A stretch of 63,224 nucleotides of DNA, filler included, from Candidatus Ancaeobacter aquaticus (GCA_030765405.1; 5 parts of 5 records of this genome joined end to end with filler, not necessarily neighbours in it), one strand, 5' to 3'. Shown: positions 1-11,000, counted from the first letter of the whole stretch. Translations and numbers: made by a program. The notes: generated by a model from the sequence alone, not told the origin.

Positions 1-127
1 CAGGGCTATGCTATCCCAATGAAGTAATACTCTGCTCCTTCCTGAACGTCAGTCGCAGTAATGTGTGGCACTAGGTCGTGCCACTTGCCTCGCCGTGGCT
101 GGCTCGGCTTTTCTTTGCCCCCTTTTT
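1..127 (+). repeat. 127-bp terminal repeat of contig A, left copy
   Basis: Exact reverse complement of 21517-21643 by direct comparison; GC-rich relative to its flanks; contains the hairpin GTGGCAC-TAGGTC-GTGCCAC. Confidence 0.95.
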
Positions 128-181
128 AGTTTTTATTTTTTACTCTTTGTCTTATACTTTCCTTATAAAGAAAGGTCTTTT

Positions 182-1633
182 ATGAAACTATTCAAAGTTT
201 TACTTCTAACAATTTCCATATGTATAATTTCTTCCGCGCATGTCCGAGATTACGCTTACCCTGTTACTGCAGATGTTGAGGATATATGTGGAAGAAATTA
301 TTTTTCTGCTGTCCATAACGCTCTTCAAAACGCAAAAAAGTCTATTTTTGTTGTCATGTATTTCATAAATCTTGATCCAAACAAGAATAATGAGGTAAAA
401 ACCCTAGTTGATGATCTTGTTGAAGCACATAAACAAAGAGTTAAGGTTAATGTAATTCTCGACAGGAATATTCAATTCAGAAAACAAAGACAAGCAAATC
501 GGAAATTCCATGTTGAAGAAAAGAATAAAAAGGCTTTTGAATATCTGAAAGAAGCAGGTATTGAGGTCTATTATGATACTAACGTTACTTACACTCATCT
601 AAAAGCTATCATAATTGATAAACAAAAAATCATTGTTGGAAGCAATAACTGGTCGGAAAGCTCACTTAAACGCAACAATGAAGCTGGAGTTTTGATTAAT
701 TCTACGAAAATTGCAAAAAGTTTCCTTAATTACTTTAATACAATAGGTATTGATTACGAAGAAAGCAAAAAAGACGTTCTCCCCTATCTGCAATTACCCA
801 AAAGCACTCTCACTGGTTCATTGTCTCGATTTATAACAACTAATAACAAAGGATGCTGGAATTTATACCTTTGGTTAGTCAGAAAATACGAACCAGGACA
901 GACAATCGATTTTGATTATAGTCTGGCTGAAGCGGATTTGGAATACGGCGGTGATCTAAACAGGTATAGAGCTCGAATGAACGAAAATCTAAAGAAACTG
1001 GATGAGGAATACGGCTTACTCAAAGCAAAATTTGCTTATGGGAAAAATGCTGAGATCACAATGAAACTTTTCAGCACAGCTGAAAAGCAATATTTTGAGA
1101 TACCAGAAACATTTTGGAAATACGGATGGGACGAAAGATTGCCACTTTCGGCGCAATTCTGCTTATTTATTAACCTCCTCAAATCAGGCCCTAATCAAAA
1201 AATATGGTTTGATAGCAAAAAGAGACTCTCTAAAGAATTTAATGTAAGCCATACAATTATTACTAATGGGATGCTTGCACTAAAGAAGTGGAATCTAATA
1301 GATATCGAAAGAGGAAGTATTGAAAAGGGTTTCGCTAATAGGCCTGCCAATAGATACAGAGTTAAAAATATTTACTCTCTTGATGATTTCGAAAAGGAAT
1401 TGAAGAAATTGAAGGATAAATATGGTGCTAATACAGTAAAGCAAGCCAGAGAATTCTCAAAAATAATTCTGGATGAATACAGCTTGGAGCATATTGAAGA
1501 TATTGCTGTCATGATTAAGAAATATGGAGCTGACAAAGTTGAAGAGGCTTTTAATAAAATCTCTCAATATAAAATTGATAATCCAATGAGATCATTGAGA
1601 TATGTGGCTGGGATATTAACAGCTAAAGAATAA
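182..1633 (+). CDS. PLD-family (single HKD, Nuc-like) nuclease fused to a C-terminal winged-helix / DnaD-like region, with an N-terminal signal or TM segment
   Basis: THLKAIIIDKQKIIVGSNNWS matches HxKxxxxD...GSxN; hydrophobic MKLFKVLLLTISICIISSA start; C-terminus ends LRYVAGIL. ATG 182 preferred because the GTG at 65 lies inside the repeat. Confidence 0.75.
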   Translation: MKLFKVLLLTISICIISSAHVRDYAYPVTADVEDICGRNYFSAVHNALQNAKKSIFVVMYFINLDPNKNNEVKTLVDDLVEAHKQRVKVNVILDRNIQFRKQRQANRKFHVEEKNKKAFEYLKEAGIEVYYDTNVTYTHLKAIIIDKQKIIVGSNNWSESSLKRNNEAGVLINSTKIAKSFLNYFNTIGIDYEESKKDVLPYLQLPKSTLTGSLSRFITTNNKGCWNLYLWLVRKYEPGQTIDFDYSLAEADLEYGGDLNRYRARMNENLKKLDEEYGLLKAKFAYGKNAEITMKLFSTAEKQYFEIPETFWKYGWDERLPLSAQFCLFINLLKSGPNQKIWFDSKKRLSKEFNVSHTIITNGMLALKKWNLIDIERGSIEKGFANRPANRYRVKNIYSLDDFEKELKKLKDKYGANTVKQAREFSKIILDEYSLEHIEDIAVMIKKYGADKVEEAFNKISQYKIDNPMRSLRYVAGILTAKE

Positions 1634-1710
1634 TCTATCTAAATATGGTCTTAACGCTTTTTGAATTACCTTTTATCTGCTACAATTGATAGCAACATGA
1701 AAGATATTCT

Positions 1711-2502
1711 ATGAACCGTCGTTACTGGACTATTGAAAACGGTTTGATGCCCGTTATTGCAACTGCAATTCATAACGGACATGATATATGTTTATCACCA
1801 GACTCACTATATTCTATCGATGAATCCCAAAGATTGAGAGAAGAAGACCCTTATACTGGAGAGTTTACTAAATGCAGCAACAACAGAGTAATAGTTCACA
1901 GTTCCCGCTTTCAATGTGATTTAAACAGACCTAAAGATAAATGCGTATATGTTACACCTGAAGACGCTTGGGGACTGTGTGTCTGGAAAGATAGACCTAC
2001 GCCCGAAATTTTAGATAAGTTGTACGCGCTATACGATTTATTTTATGCTGACATGCACACATACCTACAAAGTAGTATTCAAAAATTTGGAAAGATAGTC
2101 GTTCTCGATATTCACTCTTATAATCATAAAAGAAACGACCCTGATGCACCTCCACAAGATCCAGCGATGTTTCCGGAAATAAATGTTGGGACAGGATCGT
2201 TAGACAAAACTAGGTGGGGCTCATATGTCGATTGTTTCATAGATACAGTAGAACAATATGATTTCCTCGGACGAAAACTCATTATTAAAGAAAATGCAGT
2301 ATTTAAAGGTGGTTATTTTTCACAGTGGATACATAAAACGTTTCCGAATGATGCCTGCGCTCTTGCTATAGAATTTAAGAAATTCTTTATGGATGAATGG
2401 ACAGGATCATTGTACGAAGATGAATATAGTGAAATCAATAATCTCTTACACTCATGCGTGAAAGAAATACTTAAGGAACTGAAAAACAATGCCTCACAAT
2501 AA
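1711..2502 (+). CDS. N-formylglutamate amidohydrolase family protein
   Basis: Motifs TAIHNGH, EEDPYT, SRFQCDLNR, LDIHSYN, EINVGTG, ENAVFKGG, ALAIEFKK. Confidence 0.85.
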   Translation: MNRRYWTIENGLMPVIATAIHNGHDICLSPDSLYSIDESQRLREEDPYTGEFTKCSNNRVIVHSSRFQCDLNRPKDKCVYVTPEDAWGLCVWKDRPTPEILDKLYALYDLFYADMHTYLQSSIQKFGKIVVLDIHSYNHKRNDPDAPPQDPAMFPEINVGTGSLDKTRWGSYVDCFIDTVEQYDFLGRKLIIKENAVFKGGYFSQWIHKTFPNDACALAIEFKKFFMDEWTGSLYEDEYSEINNLLHSCVKEILKELKNNASQ

Positions 2503-4378
2503 CGAGTTTTCCGAACAAACATTCCAAAACGTCATAAATATAATCGGTCAGCGGTTATTGGAAAATAAAAGGGTACGCCGAAAGTTACCTGGCGGGAGAG
2601 TGCATATTGATCGAAGACTGCCTTTTTTATGTGTTTTTCGACAGTCACCACACTTATACAAAGACGGTACCGAAAGATTGGTTGTGGGTGAGGCCTCATA
2701 TGTTATTGTCGATGGAGATACTATCTGGCATGATAAAACAGTTCAGCTGTGCAAACAAATCATTGAAAAACAACAAGAGTGTTTTAGGACATTTCTTATT
2801 GTAGAAGTATGGCCCTCTCAAGATAATCAAGAAAACTGTGGCTCCCCTTGTTTCACTATTCACACCTCAGATGATGAATACAGCCCTTTACGCTCTACAC
2901 TGTTATGCATGAAAAGGGAATTACAGAAAATACATATTATGAAAAAAGCGTGTGATGCTCATATCTCTTACACCTCTTCATCTGTTCCTCCAGGACTATG
3001 CAATTTATTTTCAGAAGATGACTTAAAAAAATATAATTGTCACGTTATTGGCCTTGAAGTACCGACACTCTACTTTGATCATAAGAATCATCAAATATAC
3101 CCCATCGAACTTCAAAAAATGCGCAGGGGTATATCACGTGTTTTTAAGAAAACTTTTTTTGAATTTATCCGGTCGCAAACAGCAAATGTGCCACCACACT
3201 ATTTAGAGCTCGGCAGAAAAGCAATGGTAAAAGCGGTCTGGGACACTGACAACCGTTTTGCTCTTATTGAACAACTATATGATTATCTTCTTTTATCAAC
3301 GCCCCTTAATGTTGCTTCCGAACGAAAGAAATATTTTGATTTGGGATATAAAATTGAACCGACTTTTTATTACCGCCCCCTACCCATCGACCCGATGTTG
3401 TTAAAGAGACTACTATATAACATTCCTATTGAACGTATTGAAGACCCAATGCTTGAGAATCTTTTCCGTGAAAAGCAGGCCGAACTTGATAATAATCTAT
3501 CTATGATTATGAATCGCGGCACAGACAAATATTTGTATGGAAGCATAAATACGTATGGGGCTATTGATACGCCTCTTTTACGTTTGGCCCAAAACATATT
3601 CAAGAAATATGTATGTAAAAATAATCAAAACTCAAAAAACTCTGTAGATGCAAAAACAATTAAACGATATGTAGAAAAACGCATGCTGCAATATCACAAA
3701 GCAGGACATGATTTGAGTGCCAAATGCTATATTAGAAACGATGTGTCGGGAATAATTGTAGTCAAAGGTGATATCTATATCGGATCAGACCTCACTATCC
3801 TTGAGGATAGAGTTGACGCACTCATTGCTCATGAAATTGATACGCACGTTTTAACTCACTATAATGCGACACTGCAGCCATTGCAGATGCTTGTGTCAGG
3901 GTTTCCTGGGTATGAGGAACTGCAGGAAGGCCTAGGGATTATTGCTGAATATTGTGTTGGCGGATTAAATTCTCACAGGTTAAGAATGCTCGCTGGCCGC
4001 GTAATCGCCGCGCATGAGGTTATGAACGGCAAAAGCTTTAATTATATATTTAAACTACTTACGGACACATATGGGTTTCACAGAAAGAATGCTTTTGATA
4101 TGACAATGAGGGTATGCCGCAGTGGTGGATTGACCAAAGATTGTATTTATTTACGCGGGCTTATGAAGATATTAGATTATTTCAAAGATAACGGTGATAT
4201 AGAAACGCTTTTTATCGGCAAGATAGGATTTCCTAATATCCCCCTTATTAAAGAGCTATTATATAGAGAGATAATATGCAAACCGCCTGTAATTCCGTTA
4301 TATTTACACAGTGAAAAAACACATGAAAGAATGACGTGCTTAAAAAATGGCGTACCAATAGATAAACTTATTCAGTAA
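2489..4378 (+). CDS. DUF1704 / QEGLA-motif zinc metallopeptidase (tyrosine-carboxypeptidase / MATCAP-like)
   Basis: AHEIDTHVLT (HExxxH), YEELQEGLG and GGLTKDCIYLRG motifs; N-terminal GGRVHIDRRLPFL; overlaps the upstream gene by 14 nt. Confidence 0.85.
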   Translation: MPHNNEFSEQTFQNVINIIGQRLLENKRVRRKLPGGRVHIDRRLPFLCVFRQSPHLYKDGTERLVVGEASYVIVDGDTIWHDKTVQLCKQIIEKQQECFRTFLIVEVWPSQDNQENCGSPCFTIHTSDDEYSPLRSTLLCMKRELQKIHIMKKACDAHISYTSSSVPPGLCNLFSEDDLKKYNCHVIGLEVPTLYFDHKNHQIYPIELQKMRRGISRVFKKTFFEFIRSQTANVPPHYLELGRKAMVKAVWDTDNRFALIEQLYDYLLLSTPLNVASERKKYFDLGYKIEPTFYYRPLPIDPMLLKRLLYNIPIERIEDPMLENLFREKQAELDNNLSMIMNRGTDKYLYGSINTYGAIDTPLLRLAQNIFKKYVCKNNQNSKNSVDAKTIKRYVEKRMLQYHKAGHDLSAKCYIRNDVSGIIVVKGDIYIGSDLTILEDRVDALIAHEIDTHVLTHYNATLQPLQMLVSGFPGYEELQEGLGIIAEYCVGGLNSHRLRMLAGRVIAAHEVMNGKSFNYIFKLLTDTYGFHRKNAFDMTMRVCRSGGLTKDCIYLRGLMKILDYFKDNGDIETLFIGKIGFPNIPLIKELLYREIICKPPVIPLYLHSEKTHERMTCLKNGVPIDKLIQ

Positions 4379-4389
4379 AGGAGGAATGT

Positions 4390-5436
4390 ATGCGATTAGG
4401 GTTGGTGGTTAACGATATCATGACTGAACAGGCTGTATATACAACTACTCGACTTGCGATGGCTGCAACAAATCGGGGTCATGAAGTATGGTATATGGGT
4501 GTGGGTGATTTTGCGTATGATCCTGACGAAAATATTCATGCGCGTGCGCGTATGGTCCCGAAAAAAAGCTATAAAGCACTTAACATATATATGCGTGATC
4601 TTAAAACATCACGTTCAAAGTGTTCACGCATAACCGTAGACGACCTTGACGTATTGATGCTCAGAAACGACCCTTCCACTGACAGTGGGCCACGTTTCTG
4701 GGCGCAAAGTGCCGGAACAATATTCGGCCGTGTTGCAATGAGGCACGGCGTAATTGTAGTAAATGACCCTATTGGATTGTCGCTCGCTATGAATAAAATG
4801 TATTTTCAGCTTTTCCCTGAAGAAGTAAGGCCTCGAACTTTGATTACCCGTGATCGGCAAGACATAAAATCCTTTGCCAAGGAACAGGGAGGGACAATTA
4901 TATTAAAACCGCTTCAAGGGTCGGGTGGCCAGAGCGTATTTTTTGTAAACAAGGAAAATCTTGGTAATATTAATCAAATGATAGAAGCTGTCAGCCGTGA
5001 TGGATACGTCATTGCGCAAGAATATCTGTCTGCCGCAGAAGAGGGCGATGTACGGCTCTTTGTCATGAACGGTAATCCTCTGAAGCATAAAGGCAAATAT
5101 GCAGCGTTTAGAAGACACCGGAGTGAGGATGATATCAGAAGCAATATTCATAGCGGTGGGAAGAAGGATCAGGCACTCGTCACAAAAGAGATGCTCAATA
5201 TTGTTGAGATTGTCCGTCCAAAGATCGTTCAGGACGGAATGTTTCTTGTCGGACTTGATGTTGTCGGGGATAAATTAATGGAAATAAACGTGTTTAGCCC
5301 CGGAGGACTTGGTAGCGCGGAATCATTTGAAAAAGTCAATTTTTCAATACCCGTTATAGAATCACTTGAACGTAAAGTCGATTACATGAAATTTTACAGA
5401 CGTAATTTTAATAATGTTGATCTCGCAACACTATAA
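4390..5436 (+). CDS. Glutathione synthetase-like (GshB/RimK-type) ATP-grasp peptide ligase
   Basis: LMLRNDP, NKMYF, ILKPLQGSGGQSVF, QEYL, GDVRLF, RSNIHSGG, VGLDVVGDKLMEINVFSPGG; RBS AGGAGG. Confidence 0.85.
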   Translation: MRLGLVVNDIMTEQAVYTTTRLAMAATNRGHEVWYMGVGDFAYDPDENIHARARMVPKKSYKALNIYMRDLKTSRSKCSRITVDDLDVLMLRNDPSTDSGPRFWAQSAGTIFGRVAMRHGVIVVNDPIGLSLAMNKMYFQLFPEEVRPRTLITRDRQDIKSFAKEQGGTIILKPLQGSGGQSVFFVNKENLGNINQMIEAVSRDGYVIAQEYLSAAEEGDVRLFVMNGNPLKHKGKYAAFRRHRSEDDIRSNIHSGGKKDQALVTKEMLNIVEIVRPKIVQDGMFLVGLDVVGDKLMEINVFSPGGLGSAESFEKVNFSIPVIESLERKVDYMKFYRRNFNNVDLATL

Positions 5437-5473
5437 AGTAAAATGAAAACCATACGCATGAAGGAGTGATAAC

Positions 5474-6667
5474 GTGGATATATTGCATGTGATTCGTGGA
5501 TGGATCCATACAATCGGATGGATAGGATTTATAGACATAGGAATACTTGCCGTGATAATTTATGCCGTTTTGGTATGGTTCCGACAGACAAAAGCTGCAT
5601 ATATTCTTACCGGTATTGTTATAGTTGCTGTTTTGTACCTGATCGTTCAGCAATTGAATCTTGAGATGACCGTTGATGTGTTTGAAAAATTCTTTGCAGT
5701 GTTCCTGATTGCAATTGTGGTGATATTTCAGGAAGAGATTAGAGCCATATTCGAGAAAATAGCACTTTTCAGTACACGTAAACGTGACCTCAAATGGAAG
5801 ATGACAGTCTCTGATAATGAACGCTTTATACAGACACTTGTCAGGGCAGTTGTTGATATGGCACAAACCAAAACTGGTGTATTAATCGTTATAAAAGGTA
5901 AAGATACTCTAAAGAGGCATATCGATGGCGGAATAGAAATGGGCTCGAAGATCTCTGAACCGCTTCTTCTTAGTATTTTTGATGATAGTTCTCCCGGCCA
6001 TGATGGTGCAGTTGTTATTGAAAATGAGAAGATAGACTTGTTTGCCGGTCATTTACCCTTGTCACGAAATCTGTCAGAAGTCGGAACGGGTGGCACCCGT
6101 CATTCTGCAGCATTAGGCTTATCCGAATTATGTGATGCGCTTTGCATTGTTGTTTCTGAAGAAAAAGGTACCATATCTGTCGCCCATAAAGGAACACTGA
6201 GGAAAATGTCCGGAGGGGAAGAACTGATTGATATCATTAAACTGTTTTATGATGAAATAACGCCTATAAAAAAGAGGAAATGGACATATTATTTGAAAAA
6301 AAACTATCGTGAAAAAGTAATAGCCGTTTGCCTGGCAGTGGGATTATGGTTTGTCAATATTCACGGCTCTAAGATCATTTACCACACAATACCAATACCG
6401 GTATCGCATATTGAAATATCGAAGGAATGGATAATTAAGGATATCAGTCCTAAATATGTAAATGTAACCTTTCATGCCCCGAGGAGCTCAATATATTTTG
6501 CGGGCAAGGATGAAATGAAGCTTTTGATTCCATTGAAAATGAAGGAAGGAAAACAGGGGATACGAATTTACGCGAGAGATTTTAAGTATCCAAGGGATTT
6601 TGTGCTAGATAATTACAAACCCATGTTCATCGATGTCGAATTACAGAGGAAAAAAAAGAAAAAGTAG
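5474..6667 (+). CDS. Diadenylate cyclase (CdaA-type, 3 TM + DAC domain) fused to a C-terminal YbbR-like domain
   Basis: IVVIFQEEIR, PGHDGAVVI, GGTRHSAALGLSE, VVSEEKGTIS; RBS AAGGAG before GTG. Confidence 0.85.
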   Translation: MDILHVIRGWIHTIGWIGFIDIGILAVIIYAVLVWFRQTKAAYILTGIVIVAVLYLIVQQLNLEMTVDVFEKFFAVFLIAIVVIFQEEIRAIFEKIALFSTRKRDLKWKMTVSDNERFIQTLVRAVVDMAQTKTGVLIVIKGKDTLKRHIDGGIEMGSKISEPLLLSIFDDSSPGHDGAVVIENEKIDLFAGHLPLSRNLSEVGTGGTRHSAALGLSELCDALCIVVSEEKGTISVAHKGTLRKMSGGEELIDIIKLFYDEITPIKKRKWTYYLKKNYREKVIAVCLAVGLWFVNIHGSKIIYHTIPIPVSHIEISKEWIIKDISPKYVNVTFHAPRSSIYFAGKDEMKLLIPLKMKEGKQGIRIYARDFKYPRDFVLDNYKPMFIDVELQRKKKKK

Positions 6668-6709
6668 ATATATAACGGCTTGTCACATACAGTTACTACG
6701 TCTACAGCG

Positions 6710-8035
6710 TCAAAGATATTTTACCGGTTCTCTATCAACTCCGAGTATTGTTTTGTAATCAAACAGCATGCTGAAGAATATCTGCAGGCTGTTTGCATTA
6801 TGAACTGTACGCACCTCTTTAATCTTTCTTGAAAAGATAAGTGTCACAACTAGCCTAAGTATTGCTGATATGAGAAATAACGTCAGTATCTTATGCCCTC
6901 TCAATGCAGGAAGAACATTTATCAAAAAACCGCCAAGGATTGCTCCACCGAATAATCCTATGCCGTGAAGTGTATTATAATAGGATATGCACCGTGTGCG
7001 TTTTTCCGGAGTTACCGCATCATAAATAAAGTTTGTGGTGCATAAATGATGTCCCGCCCACAAAAACCCTGAAACGATCTGGATAAACAAAAGAAATACC
7101 GGATGCTGATTTATGATCCATAAAAGAGGAATGATACCCATGAGTATAGTGGTGAATTTGATTACCTTGAGATTTCCTACATGATCGGCTATCTTTCCCC
7201 ACCTGCTGATGAATAATAGCCGTGAAATTAGAGCAGCCGCAATAAGTGTGCTGTATAAAAAATAACTAAAATGCAGATCTTTAAGCATAAATACTGCATA
7301 GAATGGTGTTGCAATACTTACTGTAAAACTGAATACGGATATAAAAAAAACATACTTGGTAAAATTGCTCGTTTTAAGCTGGGCAAGAAACTGTTTAATG
7401 CTGAAATGTGAAGATTTATCATAAGATATTTCAGGGTCATACATTTTTCTCAAAAAATACCATCCTGTTGCACGCAAAAGAAAAGCAGTGAAAAAAACTA
7501 TCGCAAAACCAAGAAAAGGATCAAGCGGTTTTATTTTTGAGAGCAGGAACCCGGCAAAGAAAGTGGCTCCTATCTTTATAAAACCGTATATCCTGCTTCT
7601 CTTACCAAAAAATGTCCCCCTGTTTTCTTTTACCAGATGCGATATCCAGCTTCCCCACGCGGGATTAGCGATCGCTGCAGCGGATGAAAATAGAACGACA
7701 AGCGCAATAAAGACATAGGGATGTATTATTTTCAGGAAAGCGAATACAGTCAGAAGCAAGAGCACCACTGCTTCAATGAATATAAATATCGTAACGGGCC
7801 TTTTTCTTGATTTAAACCGGTCTATTATGTCCGGTGTTTTTAACTGAAGCAGCGCTGAAAAAATATTAGGGAAACCGTTCAGCATACCGACCTGTGCTGT
7901 TGTCCCCCCGAGGAGCAGTAAAAACGGTGTCAAAAAGCTGTTAAGGAACCCGTTCATAGCATTAAACGAAATACCGTTTAAGAACGAATAGCGTATGCTT
8001 TTTTGTATAAGAATCTTTTCTGATGATTTTTCCAT
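6710..8035 (-). CDS. MFS transporter
   Basis: About 12 hydrophobic segments; WGKIADHVGN resembles MFS motif A. Confidence 0.85.
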   Translation of the reverse strand: MEKSSEKILIQKSIRYSFLNGISFNAMNGFLNSFLTPFLLLLGGTTAQVGMLNGFPNIFSALLQLKTPDIIDRFKSRKRPVTIFIFIEAVVLLLLTVFAFLKIIHPYVFIALVVLFSSAAAIANPAWGSWISHLVKENRGTFFGKRSRIYGFIKIGATFFAGFLLSKIKPLDPFLGFAIVFFTAFLLRATGWYFLRKMYDPEISYDKSSHFSIKQFLAQLKTSNFTKYVFFISVFSFTVSIATPFYAVFMLKDLHFSYFLYSTLIAAALISRLLFISRWGKIADHVGNLKVIKFTTILMGIIPLLWIINQHPVFLLFIQIVSGFLWAGHHLCTTNFIYDAVTPEKRTRCISYYNTLHGIGLFGGAILGGFLINVLPALRGHKILTLFLISAILRLVVTLIFSRKIKEVRTVHNANSLQIFFSMLFDYKTILGVDREPVKYL

Positions 8036-8077
8036 GGGAAATCTAATTATTTTTTGGTTTAAGAATATGAATGTATG

Positions 8078-11000
8078 CTATTTTCCTTTTATCAAGTCTT
8101 CAATGCCTTTTAGCGGTATTGAGACCCAGTCAGGACGGTTGTTCATTTCGTATCCTAGCTCATATATTGCTTTCTCTAAAAGATAAATGTACAGAAGAAG
8201 CTCACGTTCGCTTCGCTGATTAGGGATAAGATCTGTTTTTGACATCCCTTCGAGATACGCATTAAGATATATTCCGCTTAAGTAATGATGCCATGGCTTT
8301 ATCCACTGCGTGAGATATTCTATGTCTTCGGGTCTTACTGATGAACGCGAAGAGATCGCTGCATGCGCAGTATAATGTATCGAACGGATAAGTCCCGCAA
8401 CATCTTTAAAAGGTGAATGCTTAAGTCTTCGTTCGCTCAGAGGACGGGCAGGCTCTCCTTCAAAATCGATTATTATAAAATCTTTTTTGGCATACAATAC
8501 TTGTCCGAGATGATAGTCACCATGGATGCGGATCTTCTTTCCTGACATTTTTTTCTGCAGTATTTTGCGCGTCTTATCGATGCACTTATTCTGTGAAGCG
8601 ATGACTGATTCGGCAACTTTAACGGAAGAGGCCGGCAGTGTGGCAACGTTCTTCTTTAGCAGGCGGAATGTTTTTGCAATACGGTCTTGCATTGATTGAT
8701 ACAGAGATCGCTGATACAAAATAGAAAAATTCTCCGGAATAAAATCGCTGTTTGCATCCAAAGATGCAAGGGACAGGTGGAGCTCTGCCGTACGCTTTCC
8801 TAGAAGCGATATCATCTCAATACATATATCCCCTATAAATTCTCTTATATTAGAAGGGATATCTTTAAGGGTGGTATCAAAGAGTGACGGGTATTCCTGC
8901 GGCGGTGCCGCCAGATCCTCTTTTTGGGATAATATGCAGTCAAAGTATTGTTTTGCGGTGTCCTGCATATATGACCATGCATCACCTGTGTTATCTATAT
9001 ATTCCTGCAACAACGCCAAAGTTGATACCGCTCCGCTTTTATGCCTGTATTCGATGCCGCCGCAAAATAAGGGTATATGCGCAAATGTGGTGTTGCGCGA
9101 AATATATCTGATGATCTCAAACTCAGGATTTTTTCCCTCATCAATCTTTCGGTACAGTTTAAGTATGTAATTCTTGTTGTATATGAGAGAGGTGTTACTT
9201 TGTTCTCTTGAAAGAAGTATTGATGAAAGATTTTCTCCTGTTTCCTGCAGAAAACGTTTTGTGCCGGTATTGCTGAATGCGGCAAACTCCCCAGCTTTGC
9301 CCTGCAGCTTCTTTTTCTTTGCCAGAAACGCAAACAGGGTATTTCGAAAATTACCGTCATGGGTGCTGTCTATAAGAATGCCTTCTCTTTTATCAACAGT
9401 TATATACGCTATGATGCTTATCGGGGCATCTTCTTCAAGGACAGTACCGGTTTCTTTTGGGATAAAAGTTATCGGCAGCTGATAGATTTCTTGCTCGCCA
9501 TCATAATAATATACTTCAATAAAAAGGAGGTGAGAAGCGTCGGGCCCTTCTAAATTAATATCTTCAATAATCTTTACTTTGCGTATTGTTTTTGTTTTTG
9601 AACTGAACCAGCGGCATGACCCGAGGTATGGCTTTATAACTGTCTGTTCGAACCGTTCTTTGAGCCTCCCTTTCAAGATGTTTTCCCAATGTGCTTTAAC
9701 GGACAGTTCAGATACTATCTTTTGGTCTGGTCCCTTTAAATGATTTTTCTTTTTCTTTTCAAGCAAGAGCCAGAAATGACTGTGGGGCCCAAACATGAGC
9801 GTGTATGGCTTTTTCTTTATAGGTGGAAATTCGTTATTGCTGAACGCTTCCGTTCCGGTATAGCCTGCGAATTCTGACAGGTCTAGATTGGCAACTTGCG
9901 AAAAACGAGAAAGGTTTATTGCTACAACGACAATTTCATCCTCATGCCTGCGCACAAAAGACAGGACCTTATTGTTATCAGAAGCTACTATTTTGAGATC
10001 GCCTCTACTTAAAGACTTCATTTGTTTTCGCATAGCGATCATTCTTTTCATCCACCAGAGGATTGATGAAAGATTGCCGCTTTGATTTTCAACATTAATC
10101 GCTTCATAGTGATACGACGGATCAATAATCACCGGCAGGTACAACTGATGGGGGTTTGACTTTGAAAAACCCGCATTTCTGTCTGTACTCCACTGCATTG
10201 GTGTCCGTACACCGTTTCGATCACCCAGATAATAATTATCTCCCATGCCGAGCTCATCTCCGTAATAAATGACCGGTGTTCCCGGAAGTGAAAAAAGAAG
10301 AACGTTCAATAATTCTATCTTTCTTCGATTGTTGCTTAAAAGCGGTGCGAGCCTTCTCCTGATCCCGACATTTATCTTTGCGCGTGGATCTTTTGCGTAG
10401 AGACGATACATATAATCACGCTCTTCATCGGTTACCATTTCAAGCGTCAGCTCATCGTGGTTTCTTAAGAATATCGCCCACTGGCACCCATCGGGTATCG
10501 GCGGGGTTGCGTTAAGAATATCGATTATTGGATAATTGTCTTCCATCTGGACTGCCATAAAAATGCGCGGCATTACAGGAAAGTGAAACGCCATATGGCA
10601 TTCATCGCCGTTTCCGAAGTATGAAGCAGCATCTTCTGGCCATTGATTGGCTTCAGCCAAAAGCATCCTGTTTTTATATTTTTTGTCGACATAACTCCTG
10701 AGTTCTTTTAAGAATGTGTGTGTTTCAGGAAGATTCTCGCAGTTGGTATGCTCACGTTCAAAGAGGTATGGGACGGCGTCTATTCTCAGGCCGTCTACGC
10801 CCAGAGAGAACCAGAAATCCAATACCCTTTTCATCTCGCGTCTCACTGAGGGGTTCTCATAGTTCAGATCAGGCTGATGCGAGTAAAAACGATGCCAGTA
10901 ATATGCACCTGCAACAGGATCCCATGTCCAGTTTGATGTTTCGAAATCCTTGAATATTATCCTTGTATCACCATATTTTTCAGGATTATCACTCCACACG

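Noticed and set aside
1..127. Terminal repeat as a known riboswitch, retron msr-msd, DGR template or group II intron 5' end
   Set aside because: No consensus I recognise, no adjacent reverse transcriptase and no GTGCG start; left as an unknown repeat.
65..181. N-terminal extension of the PLD ORF from GTG 65
   Set aside because: The start lies within the repeat shared with a non-coding site; ATG 182 gives a sensible signal peptide.
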